From positions 1 to 60,484 of IMG/VR virus record IMGVR_UViG_3300009120_000002: a DNA stretch of 60,484 nucleotides. The stretch is one strand, 5' to 3'. The position numbers and the translations under genes were made by a program. Numbering within the stretch: position 1 is the first letter of the stretch; each line of letters begins with the position of its first letter. The notes under the pieces are model-generated. The model saw nothing but the letters and a program-made list of their open reading frames with translations, had not been told where the DNA came from and searched no databases. Positions 46,978 through 58,300 of this stretch are shown here, one piece after another. This DNA is from a virus. Its lineage: Duplodnaviria > Caudoviricetes.

Positions 46978-47187
46978 TTATTTTTTCCCGCCCTGTAGAT
47001 GGGCGTCACCATAGGCGCTACCCGCCATCTCCATGTCCATCAGGTCATCGGTTGTCTTGTCAACAGCCCCGTTGGCCGTGATCCTGTTCTGTTCACCAGT
47101 CACTGTGATGTTGTAAGTGATCTGTGCGCAAGACGATAGCATCATGGCAACCAGGAGAGCTAAAGAGGCGGTTCGGAGGTTCTTCAT
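46978..47187 (-). CDS. Small lipoprotein
   Basis: MKNLRTASLALLVAMM-LSSC lipobox. Confidence 0.6.
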   Translation of the reverse strand: MKNLRTASLALLVAMMLSSCAQITYNITVTGEQNRITANGAVDKTTDDLMDMEMAGSAYGDAHLQGGKK

Positions 47188-47189
47188 GG

Positions 47190-47350
47190 CACATATCAAC
47201 CTTGTTTTGTGGTCAAAAAAAAAGCCCGGAACACAAGAGGGAATAATCCCTGCAAAAGTGTTCCGGGCTGACAGGAAGCCGCCGTTCAAGACGTCGGGCC
47301 GTTCAGAAATCGGATGTTTATTTTTATACGTTTTTTAGCATCGCTGCACG
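47190..47350 (-). promoter_or_regulatory. Putative late promoter with leader terminator (attenuator) 2
   Basis: GTGCAG...TATAAA, then hairpin GCCCGGAACAC...AGGGATTATTCCCT...GTGTTCCGGGC and T9 (47215-47268). Confidence 0.6.
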
Positions 47351-49318
47351 TTAAATGTTTGCGAATCTCCCGATATTGCGCAACTCCTCCTTGGTCGCGG
47401 GGAGATATGCACCACCTTTCGTTTGCGACTGCGCCTTGATGCGCCCTTGGTATGACCTGCGCAAAGTGTCACTGGTGATACCGAACAGCGGTTGTTTCTG
47501 GTTGAACTCTGTGATGTTCTCCATCGCCTCCTGTGCGGTTTTGGCGTCGTCTTTCCTGGTCGCCTGCACCCACCGGTTGATCAGCAGTTGTCTCCTATCA
47601 TTGATTCTGCGCTCATGGTTCTTGATCGCATTGGCTCCAGAGTACATCTCAGAGATGTTGGCAGGGGTGAACCCGAGTGCCTGGCCAAACAGCTCCATGG
47701 CGCCAAGGTTGTCAATCAAGGTGTCCTCTTGCCAGTTCTTGACGCCCTCCTGAGAGTACCTAACGGACTTCATGGCGTCTTTGATGAACTTAGGGAGCAT
47801 CATTTCCATGCCGCGCCACACCTGGCCATCGGCCATGGTTCCAGCACCGATGAAGATATTCGAGGCGTTGGTGGCAACCGGACCGAGCACCAGGTTGACG
47901 TACTGATTCCACTTGTCGCGGCCCTCGGCCTCGCGCTCAGGCGCCCTGAGCCACAGGTCACCCAATGAAACCCTGCTCGACAGATCGAGGGATCCAAGGC
48001 CAGGGATCATGCGCCACGGTCCGCTCGCTATCGCCTCGCTTGCGGTCTTGCCCACGGTGTCAGTGAGCAGATTGCGGAGCGACACCTCCAGGTCTTTTGG
48101 ATCATCATCGTCTCCAAATGCTGAAAAGAGGAACTGGACAACGGCCATAATGCCACCAAGCACCGGCATGCCCTGCATACCTGCCAAGAGGAAATGGCCG
48201 CCAAGGATCATGGCGAGCCTTTTCTTGGCCATGGCCTTGACCTCGGGTGATTCACCCTTGGCGGCCAGGTAGAACGACCGGCCCAACAACCACGTCATTT
48301 GCTGCGAATACTGCTTGAACAGCAAGAGCACCCGCTTGACATTGCCCTCCATCCACCTGGCGCGGTTGGCCTGGGTATAGTCGAAGTGCGACTCGAGCAC
48401 GATCTCCCTGGTCTCGTTGATCGCATCCTGGTGGCTCATGCCGTTTTTGATCGCCAGCCGGTACGCGGCCAGTGCGGTGACTTTCCGGTTGGCCAGCTCG
48501 GCGATATGGAACGGATACGACACCAGGCGCATGGCTCGCATGGCCGCATGTCCGTGCTTGGTTCGTGCCATGTTGAAGAAGTCGTTGCCGGCCGCCTGGG
48601 CCAGCGAGTGAGCTGCGGTCACGTCGATGGTCCCGTCGTCGATCAAGGCCTGGATCATGTCGCGTTCGGCCTGGGGCAGCTTTTTGTTGTTCACCAGGTC
48701 TGGCCCGTGCGCCAAGGTCGCCTTCGAGGTGAAGTAGTCGGCGCTGGCCGTCTTCAGCACGTTCATGGCGCTGATCGCTCCGGTCTGCTTGAACCGTGTG
48801 GCCAGGATAGGGAAGGCCACTAGAGGGGTCTGGCTTATGTTGACCAGGGCGCTGGCGATACTCGGTCCGATGTTCCAGACGAAACCTCCAGCAGTGAGCG
48901 CCTGGGAAATCGGGGAAATGTCAGGGTTGTTGAGGATCTTCAAGCGTGCGTTTAGCTCGTTGTACAGGTCGGTGATCTTGTCGCCTTCCTGGTCCTTGCC
49001 CATCATCTTCGATTCCTGCAGGATAGACTGCACGGCGGTTTCCAGCTTGTCGGCGTGCCGGATCCTGGCGATATGGTGCGCCGCGTGCTGCATGTTGTCG
49101 GCAAACGCCCGCATCTGGTCGCGGCTGTAGCCCTCAACCTTCTCGCGGTGTACAAAATGCTTGCGGTGCGAAAGGTCGGGCAGCGCCTTGATGAAGTGCT
49201 GGTTGATCTGGTCCTTCAGCTCTTCGAGTTGCTTCCCTGGAAGCCCGTTGGTTTTGTCCAGGATCTCGAAGATACCTTCGGTTGTCGACGTAGAGCTTCT
49301 TGACGGACTGGTACACAT
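47351..49318 (-). CDS. C-terminal module of the giant protein (PLxRFG/LPD-type region), out of frame with the upstream part
   Basis: LPDLSHRKHFVHR..GYS.D..RAF, SALVN.SQ, E.ANR..T.LAAY and HFDY...NR motifs typical of polyvalent-protein C-termini; N-terminus does not look natural. Confidence 0.65.
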   Translation of the reverse strand: MCTSPSRSSTSTTEGIFEILDKTNGLPGKQLEELKDQINQHFIKALPDLSHRKHFVHREKVEGYSRDQMRAFADNMQHAAHHIARIRHADKLETAVQSILQESKMMGKDQEGDKITDLYNELNARLKILNNPDISPISQALTAGGFVWNIGPSIASALVNISQTPLVAFPILATRFKQTGAISAMNVLKTASADYFTSKATLAHGPDLVNNKKLPQAERDMIQALIDDGTIDVTAAHSLAQAAGNDFFNMARTKHGHAAMRAMRLVSYPFHIAELANRKVTALAAYRLAIKNGMSHQDAINETREIVLESHFDYTQANRARWMEGNVKRVLLLFKQYSQQMTWLLGRSFYLAAKGESPEVKAMAKKRLAMILGGHFLLAGMQGMPVLGGIMAVVQFLFSAFGDDDDPKDLEVSLRNLLTDTVGKTASEAIASGPWRMIPGLGSLDLSSRVSLGDLWLRAPEREAEGRDKWNQYVNLVLGPVATNASNIFIGAGTMADGQVWRGMEMMLPKFIKDAMKSVRYSQEGVKNWQEDTLIDNLGAMELFGQALGFTPANISEMYSGANAIKNHERRINDRRQLLINRWVQATRKDDAKTAQEAMENITEFNQKQPLFGITSDTLRRSYQGRIKAQSQTKGGAYLPATKEELRNIGRFANI

Positions 49319-52300
49319 CTTTGGCCTCTTTGCTGAGAGCCCGGTATTTCGGAGCCAGTTCGTTGTAGTCGCGGAAACGCTTCACCTCTTTCTCGATCCG
49401 CTCGGTCGCCCTGGTGATGGACTGTTCCAGTCTGGCTTTTTCGGCGGTGAGCTTCTCGATATTACCTGCGCCTTTCATTTCCTCATTGATCTCGGCTATC
49501 CTGGCCAGGTTGTCATCGATGCGTTTGCGCAACGCCTTTGAATTGGCCCTTGGCTCGAACTGATCCAGATCGGGGTTGACCTCGCCAATGGTGGCCTTGA
49601 TCATCAACTCCGACATATCCTTTGCAGCTTTTTTCGAGAGCCCTGCCCACTGGTTGTACACCTCGTCAGCCTTGGTCATGATGCGCTTGGAGTCGGCGTC
49701 TTGTGCCCTGGTGGCCTGGTAGAACATCTCCATCTGCGGCAGGTCTCCGGCGAACACGTCACGCAACTGGCGCAAGGTGAGCGCCCCGAGGGTCTTCCTC
49801 TGGACTGCAGGGATAAGCGACTTGAACCAGTCGGCCGCCTTGGTGCGGAGGGCAACGTCGTCAACGTCAACGGTGTCATCGCCCTCTTTGGCCATGGCCT
49901 TGAAGTATTCCTGTTCGGCTGCAGCGGAATAGCCGCCTTCGGTGATCGCTTCGATAGCTGCGGCACGTTCCGGGCCAACAACATCGGCCAAGGGACTGCG
50001 AGAATACCGAACATCAGGGTTTGACCTGGAGAACTCACCGGTGTTGTCGAGTGCGCTCTTCACCTGGTTGGGATCAAAGACAACGACATGGCCACGGTCA
50101 ACAATGATAATACCGTCGTGTCCATTCAACTCTTCCATCCGCTTCCTGAACGCTTTGGCGCCGGCAGCGTTCGCCACCTTCTTCTCAAGCGCTGACGATT
50201 CAATGACAAGCGGGTTTTCGAGCCTGACATAGAATGGGTGGACCGTGCCCTCTGTTCCTCCTGAGTGCGCGGTGGCAATGGTCTCGCTACCGAGGAAGAT
50301 GCCCAGCCCAGCGAGTGCAGAGCTGTCGCCACGATGCTCTTTTGTCTGGTCGAATATCCACGGTGTTTCGTTGGACTGTAAGAAGTGAGGGTCTTTTGTC
50401 CCGTGGAACAGGACAAGAGGAACGCCATTCTTGGTGATCTTGGATTTTCCGAACCAACGCTTGAAAGCTGCGGTTGCGGTTTGGGGAATGGCGCGACTGA
50501 ACATGGGCTCTCCTGTCTCGTCTGTCCACTGCGCCATGGTCCCGTCTTTCTTCGGCTGCGTGGCGACGATGACGTTCCCTCGTCTGGTCACATTGCCAAA
50601 ATACTGAGAGACCTCGTCCATATACCATTCAGCTTTCTGGTGATTTTGCCACGAGACAGCCTCGCCGTTCTTGACCTTGGTGACACGGCTATTGCCGTCG
50701 CCGTCGCCCTCGTGGATCTGGAAGTAAGCCGTGCCGTCCTGCTTGATCGCCTTTGCAGCCTGCCTGATGACGAGGGCGCGTATATCTTTCTCCTGTATCA
50801 CGTTCAGCACGTTGTTGGCAGTGGCCGTGTCTGTTCGCGCCGCAGAAAGCTGCCTGACAATCTCGTCGTTGTGGCGCTTGTCACGATTGAACGGGTCAAA
50901 TAAGAGGTTCTCGACCCCAATGCTTTTCAGGTAGTCAGTCCCGATGTCGAATTTACCCCCTCCGATATCGACATTGACAGTTCCTTGCTTGAGCCACCCC
51001 TTTTTGAAGGTAGCTGCAATCTGTGGCAAAGATGTTGCTGCAGAGCTGATAGCCTGCACCATCCTGGAGAACTGAATGCGCGGGTCGGTGCTGGAGAACT
51101 CTCCGGTGTTGGAGACGGCGCTCTTGATCTGGGTCGGTGAGAGCGCTATGTAGGCATCGTCCTCAACAAGAGGATATTTTTTCAGGTAGTTTATCGCATC
51201 GGTTTTTGCTGCGTCAGGTGTTGCCCCGTACCCCCACGAGTACCCCTGGAACCAGGCGATGTATTTCTTGCTATCACCTGCGCCTTTGCCATAGGCCTCG
51301 TTAAACGTGACCGTTATATCCGGAACCTCTCCGTCCTTTAATGGGCGCTGCCCCTCGTACCTGTTTCTATAGACAACCCCGTCGTACCCCGCTTTTCTTA
51401 GAGCGTCGGTGATGATGGCAACAGCGTTTCTGAGTGGTCTTGTCGCAGCTATTCTCCTCGCTAATACGGGTTCTATGATTCCTTTCTTGCGGAGTTCTTC
51501 TGCAACCCTATGGACTGCATTGCCTCCACGACCAAAAACATCGTCGAGCCTTATCGGATTTTTTATTGATAAGTATGCAGGCATGACACTTCCACCGTTC
51601 TTCCTGGCAAAATAATTAGCCTGGGTTTCAGTGCCGAAATGGAAGCCGACGTCTGGGCGTTGTTTGCGCGGCTCGAATACATCAAAGAATGCGGCTGTCC
51701 CGTGGAATACCCGCAATGGCTTGCCATCCTTGTCCACCACCTTGCTGTCGCCGAACCACCTCTTGAACTCGGAGCTGTTCACGTCAACTGGCTTGAAGTT
51801 CACGGCCTCGCGCACTGACAGCATGGCACTCTGGATAGCGTTGCCACCGGTAGCGGCGTTCACGGCTGCCCTGGCGAATATAACTAGGTCTTTTTGGCTC
51901 AACGTATCGGGTGAGGATAGGCCGGCCTTGATCAACCACTTCTTGAAGAATGCCTTGATCCGGTCAACGATGGACAGCTCGGTGTTGGCGTTCTGTTCGA
52001 TCAGGTAGGCGGCAACCTCGCTCCAGTAGTGCTCCGGTTTGGTGCTGGCCGGCACCTTGGCCATGGCTGCCCGGATGGCGTCACCGGTAGCGCCCTTCGC
52101 ATCCTTCCGTCGCTCCAGGCTCTTGAGGATGGATTGATAGTCGGCATCTTTCGAGAAACCGAGCTGGTTGGCATGCTCGCCCAGCTCGTGCAGGAGAACC
52201 GGGAACGCCTGTCCTTTGGCGATACCGTCGCGGACAAGGTAGGAAACCCCGTTCACATAGGCGCCCTGAATAGCGCCGCCTTGGGAGTGTTTGACGGCAG

Positions 52301-55300
52301 GGTTTTCGGCCCCGTCAATGATCCCCTGCATCTCCTTTTGGCTGTCAACGATTACCACCTTTCCGGAGTTGAGCAGGCGCCTGGACCGGACACCACCGAG
52401 AGAGGAACGAAGCTCGCCCTCGATGTCGGCGCGTTCGCTGGCCTTTACCGCTGTGGGTGATTCGGAACGCCTTGACCCTTGTGTTGGCGCCTGGTTAGCC
52501 TCGTCTCTTAGTCTCCTGGCTATGGCGTGGGAATCGTCAACGTACCATGTCATCCCTCTACGGTCGAACAGGTTGAAAACGGCCCTGATATCATCAAGCG
52601 ACAGGGCATTCGTGCCCATCAACCCGGACCTTGACGTGAAACTTCCGGTAATAGCAAGAAGCTCCCTGTCGTCCCTGAAAAACCTGCCGGCCCGGCTGGC
52701 TGCAGCCTGGGTGACAATGCGATAGGTGTCGTTGCTCGCGGTGTGATAGATGCGAAGCTCTCCAGGTTGCCGCAGGTAGACTGCTGAGTTTCCAACCTCC
52801 TGCATGTACCTTATCGCAATTTCAGCGGTCGGGATGGTTACCGGGGATTCATTGATAGCTACGCCAGGATCGAAATTGTCAGGCATGAGGACGCCCTGGT
52901 GGATAACACCATCGGCCCTTGTAAAATTCACAATTTGACCATTTGACGCCTGGAATGTGCTGTAACCAGTGAACAGGTTGCCGGTTATCATCCATCTGTT
53001 TTCGCGGCTCACTGATCGTAACGTGTCGAACAGGTTAACGATGGTGTCAAAATCGTTGTGCGTTATTGTGACAGATACGGCCCCGCTGGTGTTGGCACCA
53101 AGTGGTGGGATGTGATATTGAGAAAACGGCCTAGAAAGCACGCGGATACTGTCGGCAACAGCCACCTTTGCTCTCCACGAAGAGAGTGCCAGCGGGTTCA
53201 CAGGGTTTCCCCTCTTCAACAGGTCGATAACTACACCTGGGATCTGGCTCAACGAAGGAACCCCGATATTCATGTCAACTTCGACAGTGTTCCCAACCGT
53301 GAAATATCGGATGAAGTTGTTGAAGGCTCTGAGGTTTGACCTCAACTCGTCCCGTTTGTCTTCAAGCCTTGCCTGGGCAGCCGCTCTTGATTGGTCACTG
53401 GTGGCCTCGTCGATCTGCTTTTGTATTTTTGAAAGCACATCGGCTGCGTATGCCTCGAAATCTCCCCGTGCGGCCTCTGCCTCATCAAGGCCGTGGCCCT
53501 CGTTCTCTTTGACCATCTCCCTTACCTGTTCGCTGGAAAAAGGATGGCCGATTCTTTTCATATCGATGTATTCAGCCTTTACTTCTCCCTGGAAAACACT
53601 GTCTCCAGATTTTGGGATTACAATTTGCTCCTCAAGCGTTCTGGCCTCAAGGTTCAGGGTCTTTGCCTCAAGGTCGTTTCTTCCTATCGAATCAAGCTCG
53701 GCAATGTACTCGTTGTAATTCTCTGTCAGTATTTCGTATATCTGCTCCTGCTGGTCGCGTTTCAACAGTGGTATCCTGCCGGTCAGTTTCTTTATAACCC
53801 CGTCAAGGTTTCCGGTCTGCGGGTCGTATGGAAAACCAAGGGCAGCGTTCAGAGCCGGGTTTTCTATCATGGCCCTGGCGGCCACCCGGTCGCCATACTT
53901 GTTCATAAAATCGACAGTTGATTTATCACTGAACAGCGATTCCTTGTCGGCTGTGGTGTTTGCGTTCAGGCCTGCCATTTTTCCGACAAGAACCGCCGCC
54001 CCCTTCCTTTCGGCTGGGATATTGGCAACGGCCTGGAGATATGCAGGCGCTATCACCTGGCCGGTCCTGTGGACGCGGCCAAGCATCTGCATGTGGACGT
54101 TGATGTCGGGCTCGGCCTGGACGATTATCATTGTCCGTTTGCCCTGGCCCTGGATCGGGTTTCTCTCGCTCGCGTGAAGGGATATTCCGGTCGATCCTGA
54201 CCGGTTCAAGATAATGGCCCGGTTTTTCCCTTGGTTGAATTTTTTTATCGTCTCGGTTCTTCCGTTCACGCTGCGAAGTTTTTCTGGCCTGAAGGCTAGT
54301 TTTGGAACCTTCCCGGAATAGTCGATCCGGTACGATCTTCCCGTTATTTCAAGGGGAGGGAATCCAGCCTTCTCCAGCTCGTTGATCATGTAATCAACAG
54401 GGGAAAGGGGAACCTCAGAGAGGTCCATTGCCTGGATCATTTTCGACACCCGCTTGTAAGCCGCAACACCAGCAGGTCCGAGGTCGGAATCTGAAAGCCA
54501 ATACTGGATAAGATCCCCGTTGGCGTCCCTTGTTCCATCTGAATACAGTCGGGTCTTGTAAAGGTATCTCACCACCAGGTCGTTGAATCTTGCATCAATA
54601 ACGTCGCCTTCATTGAGCATTTCAGCCTTTGCATACTGCTCGATGAAAGATCCCATGGTGTTTGAAACGGTCAGGACAACCTGCTCATGTCTGTCTCCAT
54701 CCTTCGAGTCTCTGCTATCCTGCAGTATCCGGATAGCCCTATCAACTGAAGGTTTCACCTTTAACGAGAGGAGCATCTGGCCAATGATATTGTGCATCAG
54801 CGACGTGAAATTTTGAGACTGCTGGCCTATGACGCCAACCGCGCTCGAGCCCACACCGCCGGCGCCCTGGAGCGCAGGGACGACAAATTCATCCTCGAAC
54901 TGCCGGATAGCCGCCATCGATTCTGATATTTTGTCAGCCGCTTCCAGGTTCACCTCTACGAGCATGGGCGTGTACTCCACGCCCTCGAACGATCGCTCCC
55001 TCCGGATATACTGCCCGGCCTCTGCAAGCATCGATGCGGTTATCTGTTGGAAAGGGATGCCGCCCTGAGAAATCGCGCCGGCGAGCTGAGAGATATCTCC
55101 ACCGACACCAACTCTAAGATCGGTCGCTGAGTACAGGCTCATGACCTCGGGGTTTTTTGCGTATGTTGCAGAGGAATAAACAACACCGTTTGCCCGTTGA
55201 ATTATCTGCCTGAAGAACAACGCCCTCGGGTGAGGCACGATTCCGGTCCTTCTGTCGGGCGCCAGGTTGTTCATGTTTTCCGAACCGCCGGCATTGTGAG

Positions 55301-58300
55301 ACTCGTCCATTATCAGCATTGCTTGCCCACCATCGACAAGCTGTTGGATGAATCGTCTCCTTGGGGACATGGTGTCGGTCCCCTTCGGGTAAAACTGGTC
55401 GTTCAACTGGTCGTATGTTGTAAATACGATTTTTGCAGTTTTTCCGGTGGTTGTCTTCGGCATCCCTTCAACTGAACCTAGAGTTGCATTCCAGCTTGTT
55501 GGGGATTTGAGGGTTATGGTGTTTTTGCTGTTTTCTTCATCCTTGTACAGGATGACAGATTTTGAATTTGTCTGAATTATTTCCCCGACAACATCACCGC
55601 TTCCGATATCAACGAGGTCTCGGTACATATCGGCATAGAGTCCCTGCTTCTCCGTGCAGAACACAGGAATTTTTCCGTTCAAATAGGCGTACCGTATCAT
55701 TGCAGCCACGAATCGACCCTTGCCAATCCCGGTCTGGTCACCAATGATAAAGCCACTCCCGTTGTCCATGTTGTCGATGGCCAGGGCAATGGCGTCGATC
55801 TGTTCTGCCGAAAAAGCTGCGAACAGCTCATCGCTGTCTTTGTACTTCAGCCGTTGAAGCACAAAATTATCGACGCTTCCGTGCTTCTCGGCGAGAGCAT
55901 ACAGGGATTTCGCTATCGCCTGCGCCATGTTGATAGGAACGAGTGTTCCGATAGGCTCTGCTTGGCTTACGGGGTGGTAGTGGGTTTGGCCTTGAGATGC
56001 GACAACCTCCTTCTTCTCGGCGTCTTTCTTCTCTTGGGCCTGGACCTCTGCTGCAAACCTTGCGATATAAGGTTTTACCTTTGTCCCCCACCTGCTCATC
56101 ACTTCCATGATGAAATCACGAAGAGAGCGCCCTAGCTTCTTGGTGTTTTCCCAAGCAAGAATGAAGTGCGGTTTGGCCTTCGCATAGGTTTCCTCGTCGA
56201 ACGCCAATCCTGACCCGAGGCGGTTTGACCCGCCGAACAGTTCGTTTAAACCGTTGAACGCCTCGTTGATTGCATCCTGGGCGTTCTTGATTATGTCGTT
56301 ATCTGGAGGTGGTGGAGTTTTGTCACTCTTCTTGTCGCGTGGAGGTTTCCTGTCGCGTGGAGGTTTCTTGTCGCGTGGAGGTTTCTTGTCCTTCTGCTCT
56401 TCCTGCTCTGGTTGCTGTTTTGGTTCAGGTCTAAACACTCGCGGTGCAGACTTCCGTTTTCTAGTTTTCCATACCCTGCGGTCTGTAAGGTCGTTGTTCT
56501 TCCTGGTCGGAGAATTGGCGAGCCTGTCGCGCGGATTCTCATCCTGCGTCCCGGCTTCGTCAGGTTCCTGTTGTTGCTCCTGCTGGTCACCTTGCCGTTG
56601 TTGCTGTTGCTGTGGTTGCTTTGTACCTGAAATCTCGTCCGCGACCTCATCGATCATATTGAGGATGTCGTCGAGCGACATGTCAATGATTTCTTCTGCT
56701 GCGGTTTTTACTCCGGATTGTCCACCTGTTCCTCCAGGGCTTCCATCCAGTCGTAAATCGTCAGCTCTTCCAGGAGTTCTCTGGCCCCCTCGATCTCCTT
56801 GAGTTCCTCCCCCTTGTTCAGCCTGGGCACCGGCAAGTAGCTCTTCAGCTCCGAGAGGTCGTCCATCAACGCCAGGGATATTTCCCTGTTGCTCATTTCC
56901 GCCGTCACCCCGTCCGGGAGCAAGCCCATCCCCGCCAGCCTGTTGATCAGGTCGTCCTTGGCTTCCAGGTTCCCTTCCTGTTGTTCCCGGTTCAGGAGCA
57001 AGGTTATCGTTCCCGGTATCTGTGCTTCCAGGTTGAGCATCGGGGTTGGAAAACCGGAGCCCTCCTGGGGTGGCACGCGGACCACGGTTAGGATTTGCCG
57101 CGTCCTGCTCGCTCCTGGTTGCATCCACACCAAAAACGGTTGCCGTTCCTGTTTCGATTCCATTTAACTGTCCTCCTATTTCGTCAAAAGATGAATAGAT
57201 TGGAGGAGCCGCGAACGATGGGTGCGCCTTCTCGGACTGACCGCGACCATGGATAACGATTATGTCTATCGGCCATCCTGCGCCCTGCTTCGCATACAGT
57301 TCCCCCGCGACCGTAAAGTGATCAGTGACCTTGTAGTTATCATAAATATAAGTGAAAAATTTCCTTCTGCCACCTTTTTTATACTCATTTGCCCGATCTT
57401 CCGAACTTCTTACAAGTTTATTCAGCCCGCCGATGATAAGAACGGCACTTCCGTCGTCACGCATGATAGACAGAGCCTGTAGGGATATCGCCCGGTCTAT
57501 TGCGGTTGTCTTGAACCCGTCGATATTGAACAGTTGCTCTTTCCCTGAGTCGTCCCTTACTGTTCCGAATGGTGGGTTTGTAACGACGATATCCACAGGG
57601 TCGGTGTTCTTTACGTCGAGCGCGTTCCCTTGTCTCACCCCTGAAATGCCAAGGCTTTTAAGAAGAGCTACCCTTGTTTCATCAAGCTCGTTGGCCATGA
57701 CCGTGTCGAGGTTTGCCCCGATAAGCAGCATGCCGGTCCCAGCGGTTGGCTCATAAACGAGCTGGCTCCTTGATCCGTCGATACCGGCAAGAACATTGGC
57801 AAGGTATGCGATAGGAGCCGGTGTTGAGTATGCCTGGTTCCTTATAGAGTCAGATGTTCTGGTGGCAAGGCGAGGTTGCATCTCGTAAAGAGCAACGAGC
57901 TGGTTGAATATCTGCGAGAATGACTGCCCGGAGCTTCGACCTTGACGGACGATATCCCTCCCGATCTTGACAACTGCGCTCTCGATCCCTTCGTCTATCG
58001 CCTTTCTAAACTCACCCGATTGAGTGTCGATCCTGTCTCCGAACCTATCTGCGATCCGTTTCCTGGCAGACTCGATATTGTTGAAGTTCCACCCGCCGGC
58101 CTGGTAGAGGTTGTAGAAGTATTCAGAGAAAAACACCGTGGCGTCTGGCCACGATTTCCAATTAACCTTTGCTGTTGGGGTTTCAGGCTCGATCTTATCA
58201 ATCTCTTTTTCGCGCTCTTTCTCGAACCGTTCCTTGTCAGCTTTTGCTTGCTCTCTCTCTGCAATCTTCTTGTTGAACTGAGCGACCGCATTGTTGTACG

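Noticed and set aside
49290-49318. Independent start of the 655-aa ORF at MCTSPSRS
   Set aside because: Only a weak GAGG precedes it and the first residues look off-frame; a broken continuous gene fits better, though this is not excluded.
56291-56650. Other same-strand alternate-frame ORFs in the giant gene (also 57995-58291, 58724-58996, 50126-50428)
   Set aside because: No strong SD noticed, and products are Arg/Ser-rich off-frame readings, unlike the two nested candidates.
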